A stretch of 64,000 nt of DNA. It comes from the human T2T-CHM13v2.0 reference genome, Homo sapiens. The position numbers and the translations under genes were made by a program. The stretch is taken from NCBI RefSeq assembly GCF_009914755.1, contig NC_060938.1; one strand, written 5' to 3'. Each line of letters opens with the position of its first letter. Position 1 is the first letter of the stretch. The notes beneath the pieces are model-generated. The model ran no database searches. It was not told the origin of the DNA and saw only the letters and a list, made by a program, of their open reading frames with translations. Shown piece by piece: positions 40,285-54,058 of this stretch.

Positions 40285-40600
40285 GAGAATCTTTGCTCAA
40301 ATGTCACCTACTTACTGAGGTCAAAATGACTACCTCCACTTACAATTACAGACTATGTCTCCCACCTAGGAACTTCTATACTGCTCTACTTTGTTTTTCT
40401 GTAGAGCTCTCAAATTTTTACATCTTATATAATTTAATTATTGATATCTATGGTTTAATTCATCTCTTCTCCCAATCATAATATAAGTCCCACAAGGGAA
40501 GAAATCTCTGTTTTGTTCAGTCACTTATTCTATACCCCTAGAAAAATTTCTGGAACAATGTGGCAGCTTATTAAGCATTGGATGAATGAATGAGTGACTG
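40285..40600 (+). mobile_element. L2 3' end
   Basis: CTTTGCTCAAATGTCACCT...TATAAGTCCCACAAGGGAAG...TGGATGAATGAATGAGTGA. Confidence 0.7.
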
Positions 40601-41109
40601 TATGCATGCATTTTCTGTCCTTTTTTGTCTACCCCAACCCAAAGCCATGTAATTATCTTCTCTTCCTCAAGGAATTTTTATGATGGTTCTGGTAAAACAT
40701 TTGGCTTTACTTGTCATAGGATCAGTGCATTCAGAAAATACATCAAGAATTGTAAATGTACTAGAAAAAAATTTGGTCTAGGTCTCAGTAATAAGTAATT
40801 AATTGCGTACATTTCGTTCTTATGTTTTTGTGGAGAAGACATGATTTAGTTTGTCCCAAAAAAGTAATGCTTCCTCTAGTTAATGATGAATTTTACTCTT
40901 GTTTAGGTTACATTTTGGGGAAAACCATATTTTTAAGTAACTCTCATTTTTTATAAATATATGCAATTTTAAATCATCCTAACAAGAGATTGCTTAATTT
41001 GTCTTTGTCATTACCATATTTTACAACATGTTTAATCCTAACAATACTATATGAGGTAGATATTAGTTTTTTGCATTTTACCTGTAAGAGAAATATGAAG
41101 CTTATATTG

Positions 41110-41920
41110 TTGGTTTCTCAAGGTCACTTGCTTAATTATGTGCCTTTTCCTCTGGATGTGTTTGAGATTTTCTCTTTATCACTGGTTTAAGCAACTTGAT
41201 TATGATGTGCTCTGGATGGTTTTCTTCGTGATTCTTCTGCTTGTTTCTCTAGGTATTTGGGTCTCTGGAAATATAGTTTTTAATTAAATTCTATCACATT
41301 TGTTCTGTTTGGATTCATTGATACCTACAAATTTTTCTTTCTGTATGGTTTGAATTTTCTTGATTTTGTGCATGTTATACAATTTTTGATATATTTTGGG
41401 TATTACACATTTTGTGTCTTTGAATGATATAATCTGTATTTTGTTTTTTCCTCCTTAAAGGAATTTTGTTTTGATTTGCAGTTAAGTTACTTGATGATCT
41501 GCTCCACTGCTTTTTGCTTATCTTAACTTTGTTAGAGAGGGATAGATTAGGCTTACTGTGGGGATTTCCTACTCTTCATAGCTTTCTTCTCTTCCATAAT
41601 CTTCTCCGTGGATTCATTTCCCAACTTCTCTCTAAACTCCATATTCTTTCTCTTAAATTCACTAAATCTGCTGGTCACACTTTGGGATTCTTTTTCTTGC
41701 CTCATAGCCTTGCAGGTGCCACCAAGCAGAAAGGGAGAGTGATTGTAGGACTCAGCTCATTACATTCTTTTTTTCCTCAGGAGATTTCAGTTCTGTTCTG
41801 CTTGTTTTATTATGCCTGAAAATCATTGTTGTATATTTGGTATAATTTTCTGTGTTACTTATTTTGAGAGAGTAAGTTTGGATCCAGTTACTACATCATG
41901 ACTGAAAATATAATTCCTCC
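41110..41920 (-). mobile_element. Old L1M 5'-region fragments
   Basis: GATTTTCTCTTTATCACTGGTTTAAGCAACTTGATTATGATGTGC and CTGAAAATCATTGTTGTATATTT...CCAGTTACTACATCATG. Confidence 0.55.
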
Positions 41921-42199
41921 TTTTTTCTCTTAAAACATACTTCCTCAAGTATCTACTGTCTCTAATGCAGTTTCTTTCACAGTATAAAGGGTGGTTATTT
42001 CCTTCACATATTTTTGTTTATTTGAGAGACAAGGCATGCATAAATGAAAAATAAAATCACCTCAAAAGTCTTTCCCTTTTATTATTTCTTTTGTTTTTAC
42101 TTTTTAATTAAAATATAATGAACAGGTTGGCAACGATATGAATTGGAAAGCATAAATGGCACATATTTGAGAGGAATCTATAAAATATCTGTAAATTTT

Positions 42200-43050
42200 A
42201 GCTAATCACAATACACTATAATAGAAATTTGAACTTTGAAATCTTGTTAACTTCCAAAGGATGCCAGTGGAAAGCATCTGGAATAATGGAATAATGAAGA
42301 AGATTTAATGATATTTTTATCAAGAACATTTCCAAGAAGTACAACTGCTTTGTTTGGGTAGGTCAGAATGGGATAAAGAAAGTTCAATAAGTTTTTATCT
42401 TGAGTCAACCTAAGAATTTTGCACAATTATTAAAGAAAGGGGTCTAGAATTAGGCATGATCGAAATAACAATGAAAGAAAAAAGGTGTGAGATGCTGTAG
42501 GATAGAGAAAGTGATCTCAGAAGAGAACCAAAATAACTCAATATAGGAAAAATTAACTATAATGTACCTCCTGATGATAGGATGCAATATCGTCCATAAT
42601 CTTGCCAAAATAATTAAACCATAGTATGATAAAAGGCTCTGGATCTAGCTGATTATTTTCAGGTGAAAGAGAGAAGATGAAATTATGTAAAACTCTACTG
42701 CTGGTATGAAATCAGCAAAAGTTAGACTGTGGAAAACTCTACAGGTCGAATAGCCCAGTTTTTCAACACATACATTCTGAGGAAAATAAAGGAATAAAGG
42801 GGAAAACTGTAGATTATAAGAAACCTGCAATACATATTGAGTTTAGATTGAGCAAAACTAAACTACAGTGTCCTAGAATGCACATTTGTATAATAAAACC
42901 ATAAAAAAAGGAAATAATTACTAAAATAGTGAAGATAGTGGATACTTTGGCAGTGGGGGTCGGCAGAGAAAGAAGCTGACATTGAGGATAAGCACATGAA
43001 GGGTATTAAACATATAATAATTTAATAAGATGCATTTGCTTTCTGTGGTT
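42200..43050 (+). mobile_element. Old L1MC/ME 3'-region fragment
   Basis: TCTGGATCTAGCTGA, ATCAGCAAAAGTTAGACTGTGGAAAACTCTACAGG and AGCAAAACTAAACTACAGTG. Confidence 0.55.
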
Positions 43051-43065
43051 TTCTGGCTAGGAGAA

Positions 43066-43482
43066 TGTCAGTTCCAATTCTTGAGCAGATGATTAACTTC
43101 ACACTCAAACCATTTACCTTATCTGGCTCCTACACTATGAGGCCACTATGCACCTGCCTTCATCATCCAGAGCCAGGTACCAGATAACTAGAGAGAGCTC
43201 CTATTCCCCAGAGCCTGGGAAATTATTCAAATTAGCCAGTCCACAGGGAGTTGGATGGTTAGCTAAGTAAAATTTAGCTAACCACCTCTTGCACATATAA
43301 ACTGCCCCCTACAGCCCCAGCTCACTGGTATTCTATCTCTAGATGCAACCCCTGTGTGTGGCCTCTGCATGGTAGCCTTCACCTTTTCAGAGCTGTAAAT
43401 AACAACGTGTCTTCCTTTTCCTTTATTCAAGTGTAATTGTATTGTGTCCTGTAATCAAGAGAATCTTTGTATCTATGAAACA
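43066..43482 (+). mobile_element. ERVL-class LTR (MER54/MER73/MER74 group)
   Basis: GGCCACTATGCACCTGCC..GCCAGGTACCAGATAACTAG..CCCCAGAGCC..GAAATTATTCAAATTAGCCA, a TATA box (CATATAAA) and a CA end. Confidence 0.65.
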
Positions 43483-44591
43483 ATATGTAAGCTTATAAGC
43501 TTTACCTATGTGCATTCTTCCTTAGGAAGAAGGTAGAGGATATATGTCACACGGTGAGGACAAACACTAAGATGGAAAAGCAAAGCCTAACCCAAGAGAG
43601 AGGTGAAGAGAAGAGCGAGGTATCATTTATAAAATAAGATTACAGAGCTCTTGTCAAGATGGTAGAAGAATCAAGAGCTATATAGGATGTTAATTGTTTG
43701 GGCAAAAGTAGGTAAAGTAATAATACAACATAATATTTTGAAAATATATTGATAGTTTCTTTACAGATCTGTTGAAGTGGAGAGCATCAGGAAGAAGTGA
43801 GAAAAAGTAAATCAAATGAAACAATTATTAACTGTGAGGGAAAAATATAGAAAAGAAAAAACAAATTATAATTCTTGTTTCAGTTGTAACAATATTTAGA
43901 TATAAAGCATAATATAACAGTGACTATCTCATAGCCAACAGGTATAGTTACACTGGGAAGATGGAAGTAAGGGAGGTAATGGTGTAAGAATAGGAACCTC
44001 AAACATAGTAAAAGGAATTCAATAGAAAATTTAATCAAGAAAAAGAATTCTATTGCCATTATGTAGAATTAGGGAGGCAAATACTGTACTAGAGAAAACA
44101 ACTAAAATAAAGTGTTTGACTCCAAGAGTAGGAATACAAACTCAAAAACAAAACATTTTCACTTGCATTAAAACAGCAACATATTTAGGAAGTAATAGCC
44201 AAGCCACTATTTCAAGTCATTGAGATATTTTTCTAATATTTTGACTCCTAAACTTCCTAATCAATAACTGGCTTATATATGACTTTTTTTTCATATTTAG
44301 TTTTAACTCACTTTTTGTGCTATAGACCCTATAGTCAGGCCTGGACCAGCCCACACTGAAGCCATGATACAAGCCTACATAATGTGACCTAATTGGAAAA
44401 TATAAAGAAGATTTTCACTTTTGAACTTGTATCAGTGTTTCATATTTCTGCTTTCTGAATAAAAAGAAAGTAAATATATTTGTGTGTGTGTGTGTGTGGG
44501 ACCAAATAAATCCTAAACACTACTTTCTCCTATCAGTTTGGTCAGTAGAAGTAGACTCTTTCAATTGAGCAAAACTATCTAAATTTAGGCT

Positions 44592-45264
44592 TGTTATTAG
44601 CAGTGAATCCATATGGATCTGCAGCAACCTCAATTCTTGCTTCTGTACAAGAAAGAATTCAACTCGTGGACATAAGGCAGAGTGAGAGACTGAGCCAAGT
44701 TTTAGAGCAGGTGTGAAAATTTATTAAAAAGTTTTAGAGCAGGAATAAAAAAAGTACACTTGCAACAGGGCCAAGTTGGTGACTTGAGAGATCAAGTGCA
44801 CAGTTTGACCTTTAATTTGGGGTCATAAGACCCCATTAAGGCATTGGCATGCTTCCAGGGTTGTGTTAATTTTCCCCTGATTCTTTACTTCGGGTGGGCC
44901 CTCCACATGCACAGTGTTTATTGGAGTTGGACTCATGCCCACTTGAGGTGTTCTTCCCTTACCAGCCAAGTATTCCTATAAAGTCATGCACGAGTTAAAC
45001 TCCACCATTTTGCCATTTAGTGCATGTGCTTGCGCCCACACTTGCCCAACTCTTAAGATCTTATCAGGAAGCCGCTGATCATCAGCTTTAGGTGCTTCCA
45101 TCTATTGAGAGTCTGCCTTTCCTTGGTGCAGGCTGTGACTGATTACTATTTTAGAGAGATAGTTAGCAAGCACATGATTATCACCTGATGGTCCCCTAAC
45201 ATTCCTGGTAAAGAGAAGTCCCTCTACTGCCCTGCTTATATCTGCCTAACTACCTACCATAATA
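44592..45264 (-). mobile_element. MER50-like ERV1 solo LTR
   Basis: TGTTATTAGCAGTGAATCC..CTGCAGCAACCTCAATTCTTGC..CAAGTTTTAGAGCAGG. 4-bp TSD GGCT at 44588-44591 and 45265-45268. Confidence 0.88.
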
Positions 45265-46199
45265 GGCTTAAGAATCACAATAAACCATAGGTTTACAAAC
45301 CAACACAAATATTTTAGAAATGCCCATTCTCTGGTTGCACCATCCTGAGAGGAGAGCTGAGGGCTGACTTTTTCCATTACCAACAAATAAGATGTTTGTG
45401 CTTAAAATATTGAATGTGTATTTTGTCCATAGACTGAGAGCCCAAGAGGCAATGAATACATTTTAAGAAAATCAAATCAAATAAATAGAAGTATGGTATC
45501 TCATAATTGGAAATAGCACACCATCCTCTGCCAAAAAAAAAAAAAAAAGATTAGACAAAGAGAAAGAAAAAAGAGGCTAAAAGCATGGAATATAATTATT
45601 CCTAATATTCTATTCACTTTATTTTTAGCCAACAACCCAAAACAGATCTTCAAGGCTGAAATCTCTATTTTCTAGTATGCTCATAAAACAAAAGCTAATA
45701 ATAATATATATTATATATAGTATATAATACATATATTAATTTATTTGGATAAGCTCAAAATATCCATAAGCTGGAACAATAATCTAGGAACACAGTTGAA
45801 GCATTCAGTTGTAAACATTCTACGTACCAGTATCTGAAGTCACAGGCAGTATCTCAATTACCTAATTCTCCAGAAAAAAATTTGCTTATGAATCTGATTT
45901 GGACATAGAGATGGATGGGAAAATATCATTACCTGATGGTTGTCTGACAACGATGGTAACTGAGGAGTAGGAGAAATATAATTCAAAAGTATTAGCAGTG
46001 TCAGAATAAAGGTTCTTCAGCCAAACATGATGAGGTCTTAGAAACTACATAATAGTTACAGGAGACTAGAACCCATTTATAGAGAAAGGAGAACTGCAAG
46101 GAGAGGGTAAAGGAGCAGGGGGGAAGAAATCATCTGCAAAATGTTGAAACATACCAGACAGCCAAATGAATGGGCAGGACTGGAAGGCAAAGCCTAATG

Positions 46200-46455
46200 C
46201 TATCGTTCTCAAACTTTAGCGTACATGAGAATCCCCTGTATGGCTTATTAAACCACACTTGCTGTATTTTTACCCCAGAGTTTCTAATTCAGTAAGCCTA
46301 AAGTAGGATTAGAAAATGTTGAACTTTGGTGAGATCTTGGGCTCCTGGAAAACAGTAATGGTTAAGAAATACCTTTTGTTTCCCAAATTACTCCCAACCT
46401 TCTGTGTCCCAGGAAATGGCTTCTTGTATTTCTAAGTACCCAGGTGATGCTCAAG
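46200..46455. mobile_element. MER5A-like hAT-Charlie element
   Basis: GTTCTCAAACTTTAGCGTACATGAGAATCCCCTG...CCCCAGAGTTTCTAATTCAGTAAG...CCCAGGTGATGCT. Confidence 0.7.
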
Positions 46456-46490
46456 CTATTTCTGTAAGAACTCCCATCCCTGTGCTATTA

Positions 46491-47039
46491 CAGTAGTTGC
46501 CCCTAATCTGTGGTTTTGCTTTCCATAGTTTCCAATAGCCATGGTCAACTGCAGTCAGAAATATTAAAAGGAACACAATTGTAAATAAACAATTTATAAT
46601 TTTAAATCGTGTTCCATTCTGAGTAGCATGATGAAGCTTTGCACCATACTGCTTTATTATATGCAGGACTTCAATCATTGCTCTGTCTATCATATCCACA
46701 CTTTGTATGCTACCTGCTTGTTAGTCACTTAGTAGCCATCTGGGTTATTATCCCACATTATCACAAGAAGAAGGATGAGTACAGTACAATAAGAAATTTT
46801 GAAAGAGACCACATTCACATAAGTTTTATTATAGTACATTGTTATAGTTGTTACATTGTATTATTAGTTGTTAATCTTACTATGCCTAATTTATAAATTA
46901 AACTTTATTATAGGTATGTATGTATGTATAGGAAAAAAACATAATATATTTAGGGCATAACATATGAAGGGCTCCATGGTTTCAGGCATCCACTAGTGGT
47001 CTTAAAATACATATCCCGTGGATAAGAGGGGACCTACTG
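46491..47039 (+). mobile_element. MER44 (Tigger7-derived) non-autonomous DNA transposon
   Basis: TIRs CAGTAGTTGCCCCTAATCTGTGG / CCGTGGATAAGAGGGGACCTACTG. TA at 46489-46490 and 47040-47041. Confidence 0.88.
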
Positions 47040-47041
47040 TA

Positions 47042-47525
47042 CAGCTGACCCTTGAACAACACAGATTTGAACTTCACGGGTTCACTTATATATGGATTTT
47101 TTTCAACAAAAGTTACTCCAAGTGTGCCTGCCTCTCCTGCCTCCCCTTCTATCTCCTTTACCTCTTCCAACTCTGCCACCCCTGAGACAGCAAGACCAAC
47201 CCCTCCTCTTGTTCTTTCTCCACAGCCTACTCAACAGGAAGACAAAGAGGATAAAGACCTTTATGATGACCCACTTCCACCTAATGAATAGTAAGTATAT
47301 ATTTCCCCCTTATGATTTTCTTTATCTAGCTTACTTTATTATAATGATACACTATATAACACAGAATATACATTAATCAACTGTTTATGTTATGGGTAAG
47401 GCTTCTGGTCAACAGTAGGCTATTTATTAGTAGTAAACTTTTTAAAGAGTCAAAAGTTTTTCATGTATTTTTGACTGTTGAAGCAGTCAGCTTTCCTAAT
47501 CCTTGCATTGTTCAAGGGTCAACTG
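47042..47525 (+). mobile_element. Tigger2a-like non-autonomous DNA transposon
   Basis: TIRs CAGCTGACCCTTGAACAA / TTGTTCAAGGGTCAACTG. Transposase C-terminal remnant ETARPTPP..EDKDLYDDPLP. TA flanks. Confidence 0.9.
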
Positions 47526-48640
47526 TATAGGCAACTGGGAGAATATCTGATACAGGCCGTAGGGAAGCTGTTAAGTATGTGAAGCTGGTAAGTAAGTGAG
47601 CTAAGTTACAATCTTCTCAGGTGAAAATTAGGGCATTAATTCAGAAGGAAGGAAAACCATATCCTAAATATTGGTGGTGGAAAGGTAAGGTTACTTTGCC
47701 GACTATAACTTTAGAGCCTATTGCTTAGTGAGGAGTCATCCTAAAAAGTAGTGTGATCCCTGCACATTAAGAATTCTATAGGCCTATAGACTTGGAGAAA
47801 GTGAAGAACAAAAGGAGTTCTTCAAGATGTTCTCAGTGATCCCAGACCTGGAGAATTCAACTTTTTGCCTCCTGTATTATTATTGCTGCCAAAGTAGTAA
47901 AGGCACAGAGATATTTCCTTTGTTCATGAAGGCATTATTAATTAATTCTCAGATTTGAACCTCATCCTCTCAGTTAAAAACTAAAGAAGCCCAAACTCTA
48001 TTTTAACTTGAGAAAGGAAAAACGAAAATGCCTAACAGAATTCATGCTCAAATAAACACTCAATGTTTTAAACACTGCCTCTGCACTCATCTTTCATGTC
48101 AGCAAAGTTAACAATGTGGGTGCTATATCTTAGAACAGCAGCGTGGGCATTCTCTCGCATTACAAACCTTGTGGCATGACATTTCTCTCTCTAGCCCAAT
48201 GTTAATGATGTTCCATGTTGACCCTCTTGTGTGAAGACAGAGCTGGAGAGTACAGCTTTGATAGCAGTGTTTACATGAATGTTTGATAAGCATCTGTCAG
48301 CTCCTAGCACTCTACAAGCCTAGGAACACAAAAGAAGCCAGGGAACCTTGGAGCTTTTGCCACCTGAAAGCATAAGCTGGCGTGTTTGCTGAATTTCAAA
48401 TCAGCACTGAGATAGTTCTCTTTGTAGCTCCGATTGTAATTTATGTATTATTTACTCAAAAAATAGAATAAACTATAAATGACAATTACCTTTTCTATAA
48501 AGGGTTGTGAATGTGGAGGTCGGAATTCTTTTAATGAATATTACCTTGCTATACTTTGTTTGATCCCACTGGACACAAGATATCATACAGATCACAATGA
48601 ATTTGACAGGCTAAACTCAATTTTAAGAATACTGACTGTG

Positions 48641-49031
<391 letters not shown>

Positions 49032-51849
49032 TCAAGAAAGACTCAGTATGTACTGTATAGAAACAGAGCAATCTATATTTTGTGTATCTTCATATTGGTA
49101 ATAGGGAAAACAAATCCACAATTTGTACATTAACTGGCTTTGATTTTTTTTGAGACTTTCATACCTTTATTTTGGCAATGCTTTTTGTGCTCATTATTCA
49201 ATACTTTATGACCCTTGAAATAGGACGGGACCATTTTTTTTTGTTTTATGACAGTTTAGAGATATAATAAGTTAAAATTTTTGGTGGAAAAAATATCAAC
49301 TCCATCATCTTAAAATAATGTCTATTCAAATGTACTGTTATTTCTGCCACAGAAAAGATGGACAAAATAGCTTTCCGGTGTCTGATGTTATATAAATATC
49401 AGATACGATTATAAAAATACTACAATTAGTATTTTGGTGGTCTGCATATTATAGTCCTAATAAAATTGCATATGTAAATATGTTTTTATTAATATGGAAT
49501 CCCTCAAAAATAAAAATAAAATAAAGGACGTACTGAAAATAGAGAATAAAGCAAGAAATCTAATGACTTGGAGAGGCCTTTCATCTTTCCTGCTGACTGG
49601 TTGTGTTAAATTGACTGAGTTCTGTGATCTCTCTCAGCATGATAAAATTGTTAGAATTTCCAGATCAAGCTATTCTTGAAGCTAGTTCCATCGCTTAGTT
49701 TTCTAATTTTCATGAGGCAATACATTCTTTAAAAACAACAACAAAAAACACTGAAGCTAGTTTGAGACTTTTAATTTGCAACAGAAAGACTTTTGAATAA
49801 TATATCATTACCATTTTTAGGAAGAATTCACCAACTTAATATGTATTAGATATTTTAATTTGTCTTGTTTCTTTTGTACTAATCCATTCCCTCCTCCTAT
49901 TATGATTTGGATTTTCTTATAGATGTATGTTAAGATTGGTCATTTATATTTTTTACAAATATATTCAGCATTATCTTTGTAAATTATTAAACTGGCATTC
50001 TGCATCTCTATTGACTTTTTTAGTGATTTTACCTAAGAAAGGAGATATGCTGGCTATGGTATCACACACATTCACACATATTCTGGAACACAAGAGAGCT
50101 ATCATAGAAAATTAATAAATTCGTTCCAATTAATAAATTTAATTATGTTTTTATAAATTACTCTTATTAGCAAGACCAAAGGATATATGCCATTGGGAAA
50201 TACCTTCCTGTTGGTCTACATACGACTTCAGGTTTCTGATCAATCTTAAGGGTCAACACTGTAAATGGTAGGTTCACTACATAATGATTGCCTTGCTAGC
50301 TCCCTTCTTGACTGTGGCTCCCATTTGAATATGATCTTACAAACTTTAATTTTAAAAAATTGATATGACTGAGATATCTGAGCTGGATAGAAGGATCCTT
50401 AGTACGATGTTTTTTTCTTCTATATTTTTACGCCAAAGATATGGAAAAACAGAAAATGCATGTGGTTTTGCAAAATTTGTTTCTTGGATGTAACACAAAG
50501 AAGGGTCAAAAGTGTCAAGAAAATAAATAAGCTTCAGAAATGCTGGGTTATTCACTAAACAGGTTGCTTTACTAAATTACATCTGAAAATGGTTAAGACT
50601 GTGAACATCCAAGGACTAATTTGACCACAGCAGTTTTTGCTTTGTTTTGTTATCTTAAGGGTATACTTAGGGAAACTTGACTATTGTGAATGTTGCATAA
50701 AATACTGCAGTGGGCCTTAGGACAAGGAGAATACTGCTCGGCCAAATCACGGCAGCCTTGATTGCAAGCCACATAGTTTATGTTTAATTTCTTTGGAAAA
50801 GAAGTGCATTAATGGCTTTAGGAGTGGGTGTGATATTTTCAGATTTGTACTAAGGATGATTATTCTGAGAAGCCTTATACAATTAGATATATGACATGGT
50901 AATATGCACATGAGAGTCAAATGCTTTTTCCTTAGATGATAAAAGCATACTTGGTAATTTTTAAAATACTATATTTTTCAATTTTACATAATAAGCACAT
51001 TTAATATCGTAAAAAGTAATAACTCTGCATTACTTTTAAGTAGTACTTTTAAGGTCTGCATTACTTTTAAGAAAGATAAAAACTTAGTTTGAGAATAATG
51101 TATTAAATATTAAGAAAGCATAATGTAATGGATGCAAACATAACAGGAGAAATTATAACAATATAATTCTATTAAATCACGAAAATAATGTAGAGGGACT
51201 GTTTAAGCATATTGGAAATGTATATCTGTATTAAGACCAGATAAATATTTAAGATTTGGAGAATGACAGAATGAATATATTCTTTGGATTGTGTAGAGAT
51301 GAAAATAAATAATTGCTATCAAAGCACTTTTTTGGGGGAAAGTAAACTAATTTATGGAAATCCACTGAAAATAATTAAGTGCTACATTGAGTAGAATTTA
51401 CTAGAAGAGGAAATAGAATTTACAGAAAGATTATTGATATTCAGAAAGAGCCTTAAGATAAAGAAAACAAAATCAGGTCCAACAGGAAAATTTAGACAAG
51501 TAAAAGTGAAATGCAAGTGGAACCAAATGTAAGAGCTGAAGAAAGCATAGGGGTCTGAATGAGTGTGGCACACAGAAAAGCAAATGAGAAGTCACATCTC
51601 ATTGAGGTTGCTGCCATACAAGCTGGCATAAGGAACTAGGAAACAAACATAATCACCCTTTTGTTTACTTGGAGTAAAATATCTTGGTTCATTTATTCAC
51701 CTTGAAAATTTCACCCTATTAATGAAAACCTTAAATGTTACATGGGAGTCCTGAATGAGTCACTTTGAAGAATGAATCGAAGCTGATCTATAAATCAAAC
51801 TAAAGAAAAAGGGCTTGGGAGTGATTCGTGACATCACATAGTAATATAA

Positions 51850-52330
51850 CCAGAGAAGAATGAGGAGGAAAAATTGGGAGCAGAAGAAAGTTTTGGAGAG
51901 AAAATCAAGGGAGAAATCAAGCAGAATTATAGGTATGATAAGATTTGAGGTGCCATTTTAAGTGCAATAGAAAGGTATTGGAGAGTATTAAGCAAGTTTG
52001 AAGATCATTCACATGATCTTATTTACATTTCAAAAAATTTACTTTAGCTACTGAATAAATGTGGGAAATGTAGGAAAGAGTGGAAATGGTGTCAGCTTGA
52101 AGGGCAGTGCTATATTCCTGGGAAACCATGCAAATGAGCTGGTCACAAGCCCCGGCAATGTCTAAGAAAAACTAGATAGACTGATGATAGATCTTATAGG
52201 TAAATCAACAGTGCCCAATGATATGGATGTAGGATGTAAAAAATTAAATCATCAAGAGCAATTTGCAGGTCTTTTAATTCAGTGTTAACATTTACTGCAA
52301 ATGGGGAAGATACATTATGGTAAATTATTT
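51850..52330 (-). mobile_element. L2 fragment
   Basis: TTTTAAGTGCAATAGAAAGGTATTGGAGAGTATTAAGCA...CATGATCTTATTTACATTTCAAAAAATTTACTTTAGCTACTG. Confidence 0.6.
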
Positions 52331-54002
52331 TGAACAACTCTATATCTTTGAAAAGAAATTAAAAGTACATACCAAAGAAGATGTTACCAAAGGTAGTATA
52401 CAAGATATTGAAGGAAGAGAGTAAATATTCAGAAAAACTTTAAAAAGAAACTTGTTACAGCAAAAACATTTGGGAATATGGACCTGGATCAAGATTGTGG
52501 ATGGAAATGGAAATACTGTAGAAAGCATAGCTCTTAGAGGTGTATCTCAGTGAGAATTTCAGGAAAATTATCAATACTTTATTTTCTATCATTCACTCAG
52601 AGGACTTATGATTTACCTACAGTCATTCAGCAAGTTTAACCTTTGGAAAGTCATTCCCCTTCAGCTAACTGTCTGTTTCCTTAATCTTAAAAGAGGATAA
52701 ATAAGAAGATACACCTCATCAAGCACTAGACAGATTTAGTTTCTGAACCGAATGATAAATTTAGTCTTTCTTTGTGTTAGTGGAAAGAAATCACACAACT
52801 TGAGCAACTCTGTGAAAGATTCAAGATTGGCAGGTGAGATTTACTCTCCAATAGTAAATTGAGGATTTGTGGAGACAATTTCTAAAGGCAATTAACACTA
52901 TATATATATATATAATTGATAAATTGGCAAATAACACTTCAGTGAGCTTGAAGAGAAATTTTTTACAAAATACTAAAATTGTTGCTAGAAAGAAAAATGT
53001 ACACTTTTGCAATATGGTTGTATATATGCTTAAAAATGTAGTAATTATAATTATTAATATCTCTAGTTTGACTTGAGCGAAAATTGATCTGAATTAATAA
53101 AAGTCTACAGAAATTAATACTTCTTAAAGTGAAGCTGCTTTAATTTTCATACGATACTCAAAATAATAATAAAAATAATGCTATAAACTCTACCCCCAAA
53201 TTGTGTTAAATAAATTGGGAAGGATATTAAATTAGTATATAGCATTATTTGGAAAAGTTTTTGAATTATTTTAAATTATTTCTAAGACCTTGATGAAAAT
53301 AGTTTTCATGTAAGTGATACCCCAAAGTAAATACACAACTTAACAATAATTGTGTTTATCATAAAAATATATAAACTTTTTTTCTCAGCTTCCTGAGTTA
53401 AAATCAATTTCAAGTCACTGAAATTTCTATTTATCCACTACTATATAAAAGATCATTTAATAAGATTTTACTAAATATACATAATTTAGAAAGCAGATAA
53501 AATATAGAGTTTTTCTTAATGAGGCCTTTTCTAGTGAGATATATTAAAGCTTAAAATACAAATCAGCTTTAAAATTGGCATTAAAATAAAGTGTTAAAAT
53601 TAGAAACTATGTAGACCCTTCATTTGACATATTTCTTTATAATTAGCTAAAATTATCTTTATTTTCACACTCAAGGGTAATAATTTACGTATAAAGTGTA
53701 CATTTTTCTAATATCAGTTCAATGTTTTGTGTGTGCCAGTTCATTAGAATGCACATAGACAAACCCAGGAGGAAACTTTAATTAGTCTATATTATTTTTC
53801 CTGAAAGAGTAAAGAGTAAAATGCTAATTGATATTTGTTCTGTTTTTCTGCAAGCTGTGAAACAAATTGTGCGTTATATACTGTACAACTAGCTTACAGA
53901 AACAAAATTCAGGAGGGGGTAAGTTCTAATTGCCATATGGAGAAATATTTTTTCTGTGTAGATGTATACATAATATTTATAGTCATATGTTTGTAAACAT
54001 AT

Positions 54003-54058
54003 TTGTTTGGTGAAAAAGTAATTGCGGTTTTTGCCATTGAATGTAATGACAAAATCCA
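54003..54058. mobile_element. Partial MADE1
   Basis: TTGGTGAAAAAGTAATTGCGGTTTTTGCCATTGAATGTAATGACAAAA; the right TIR is incomplete. Confidence 0.8.

Noticed and set aside
53845-53902. Imperfect hairpin TTTCTGCAAGCT...AGCTTACAGAAA
   Set aside because: Only an 11/12-bp stem with a large asymmetric bulge, which is compatible with chance in AT-rich DNA.
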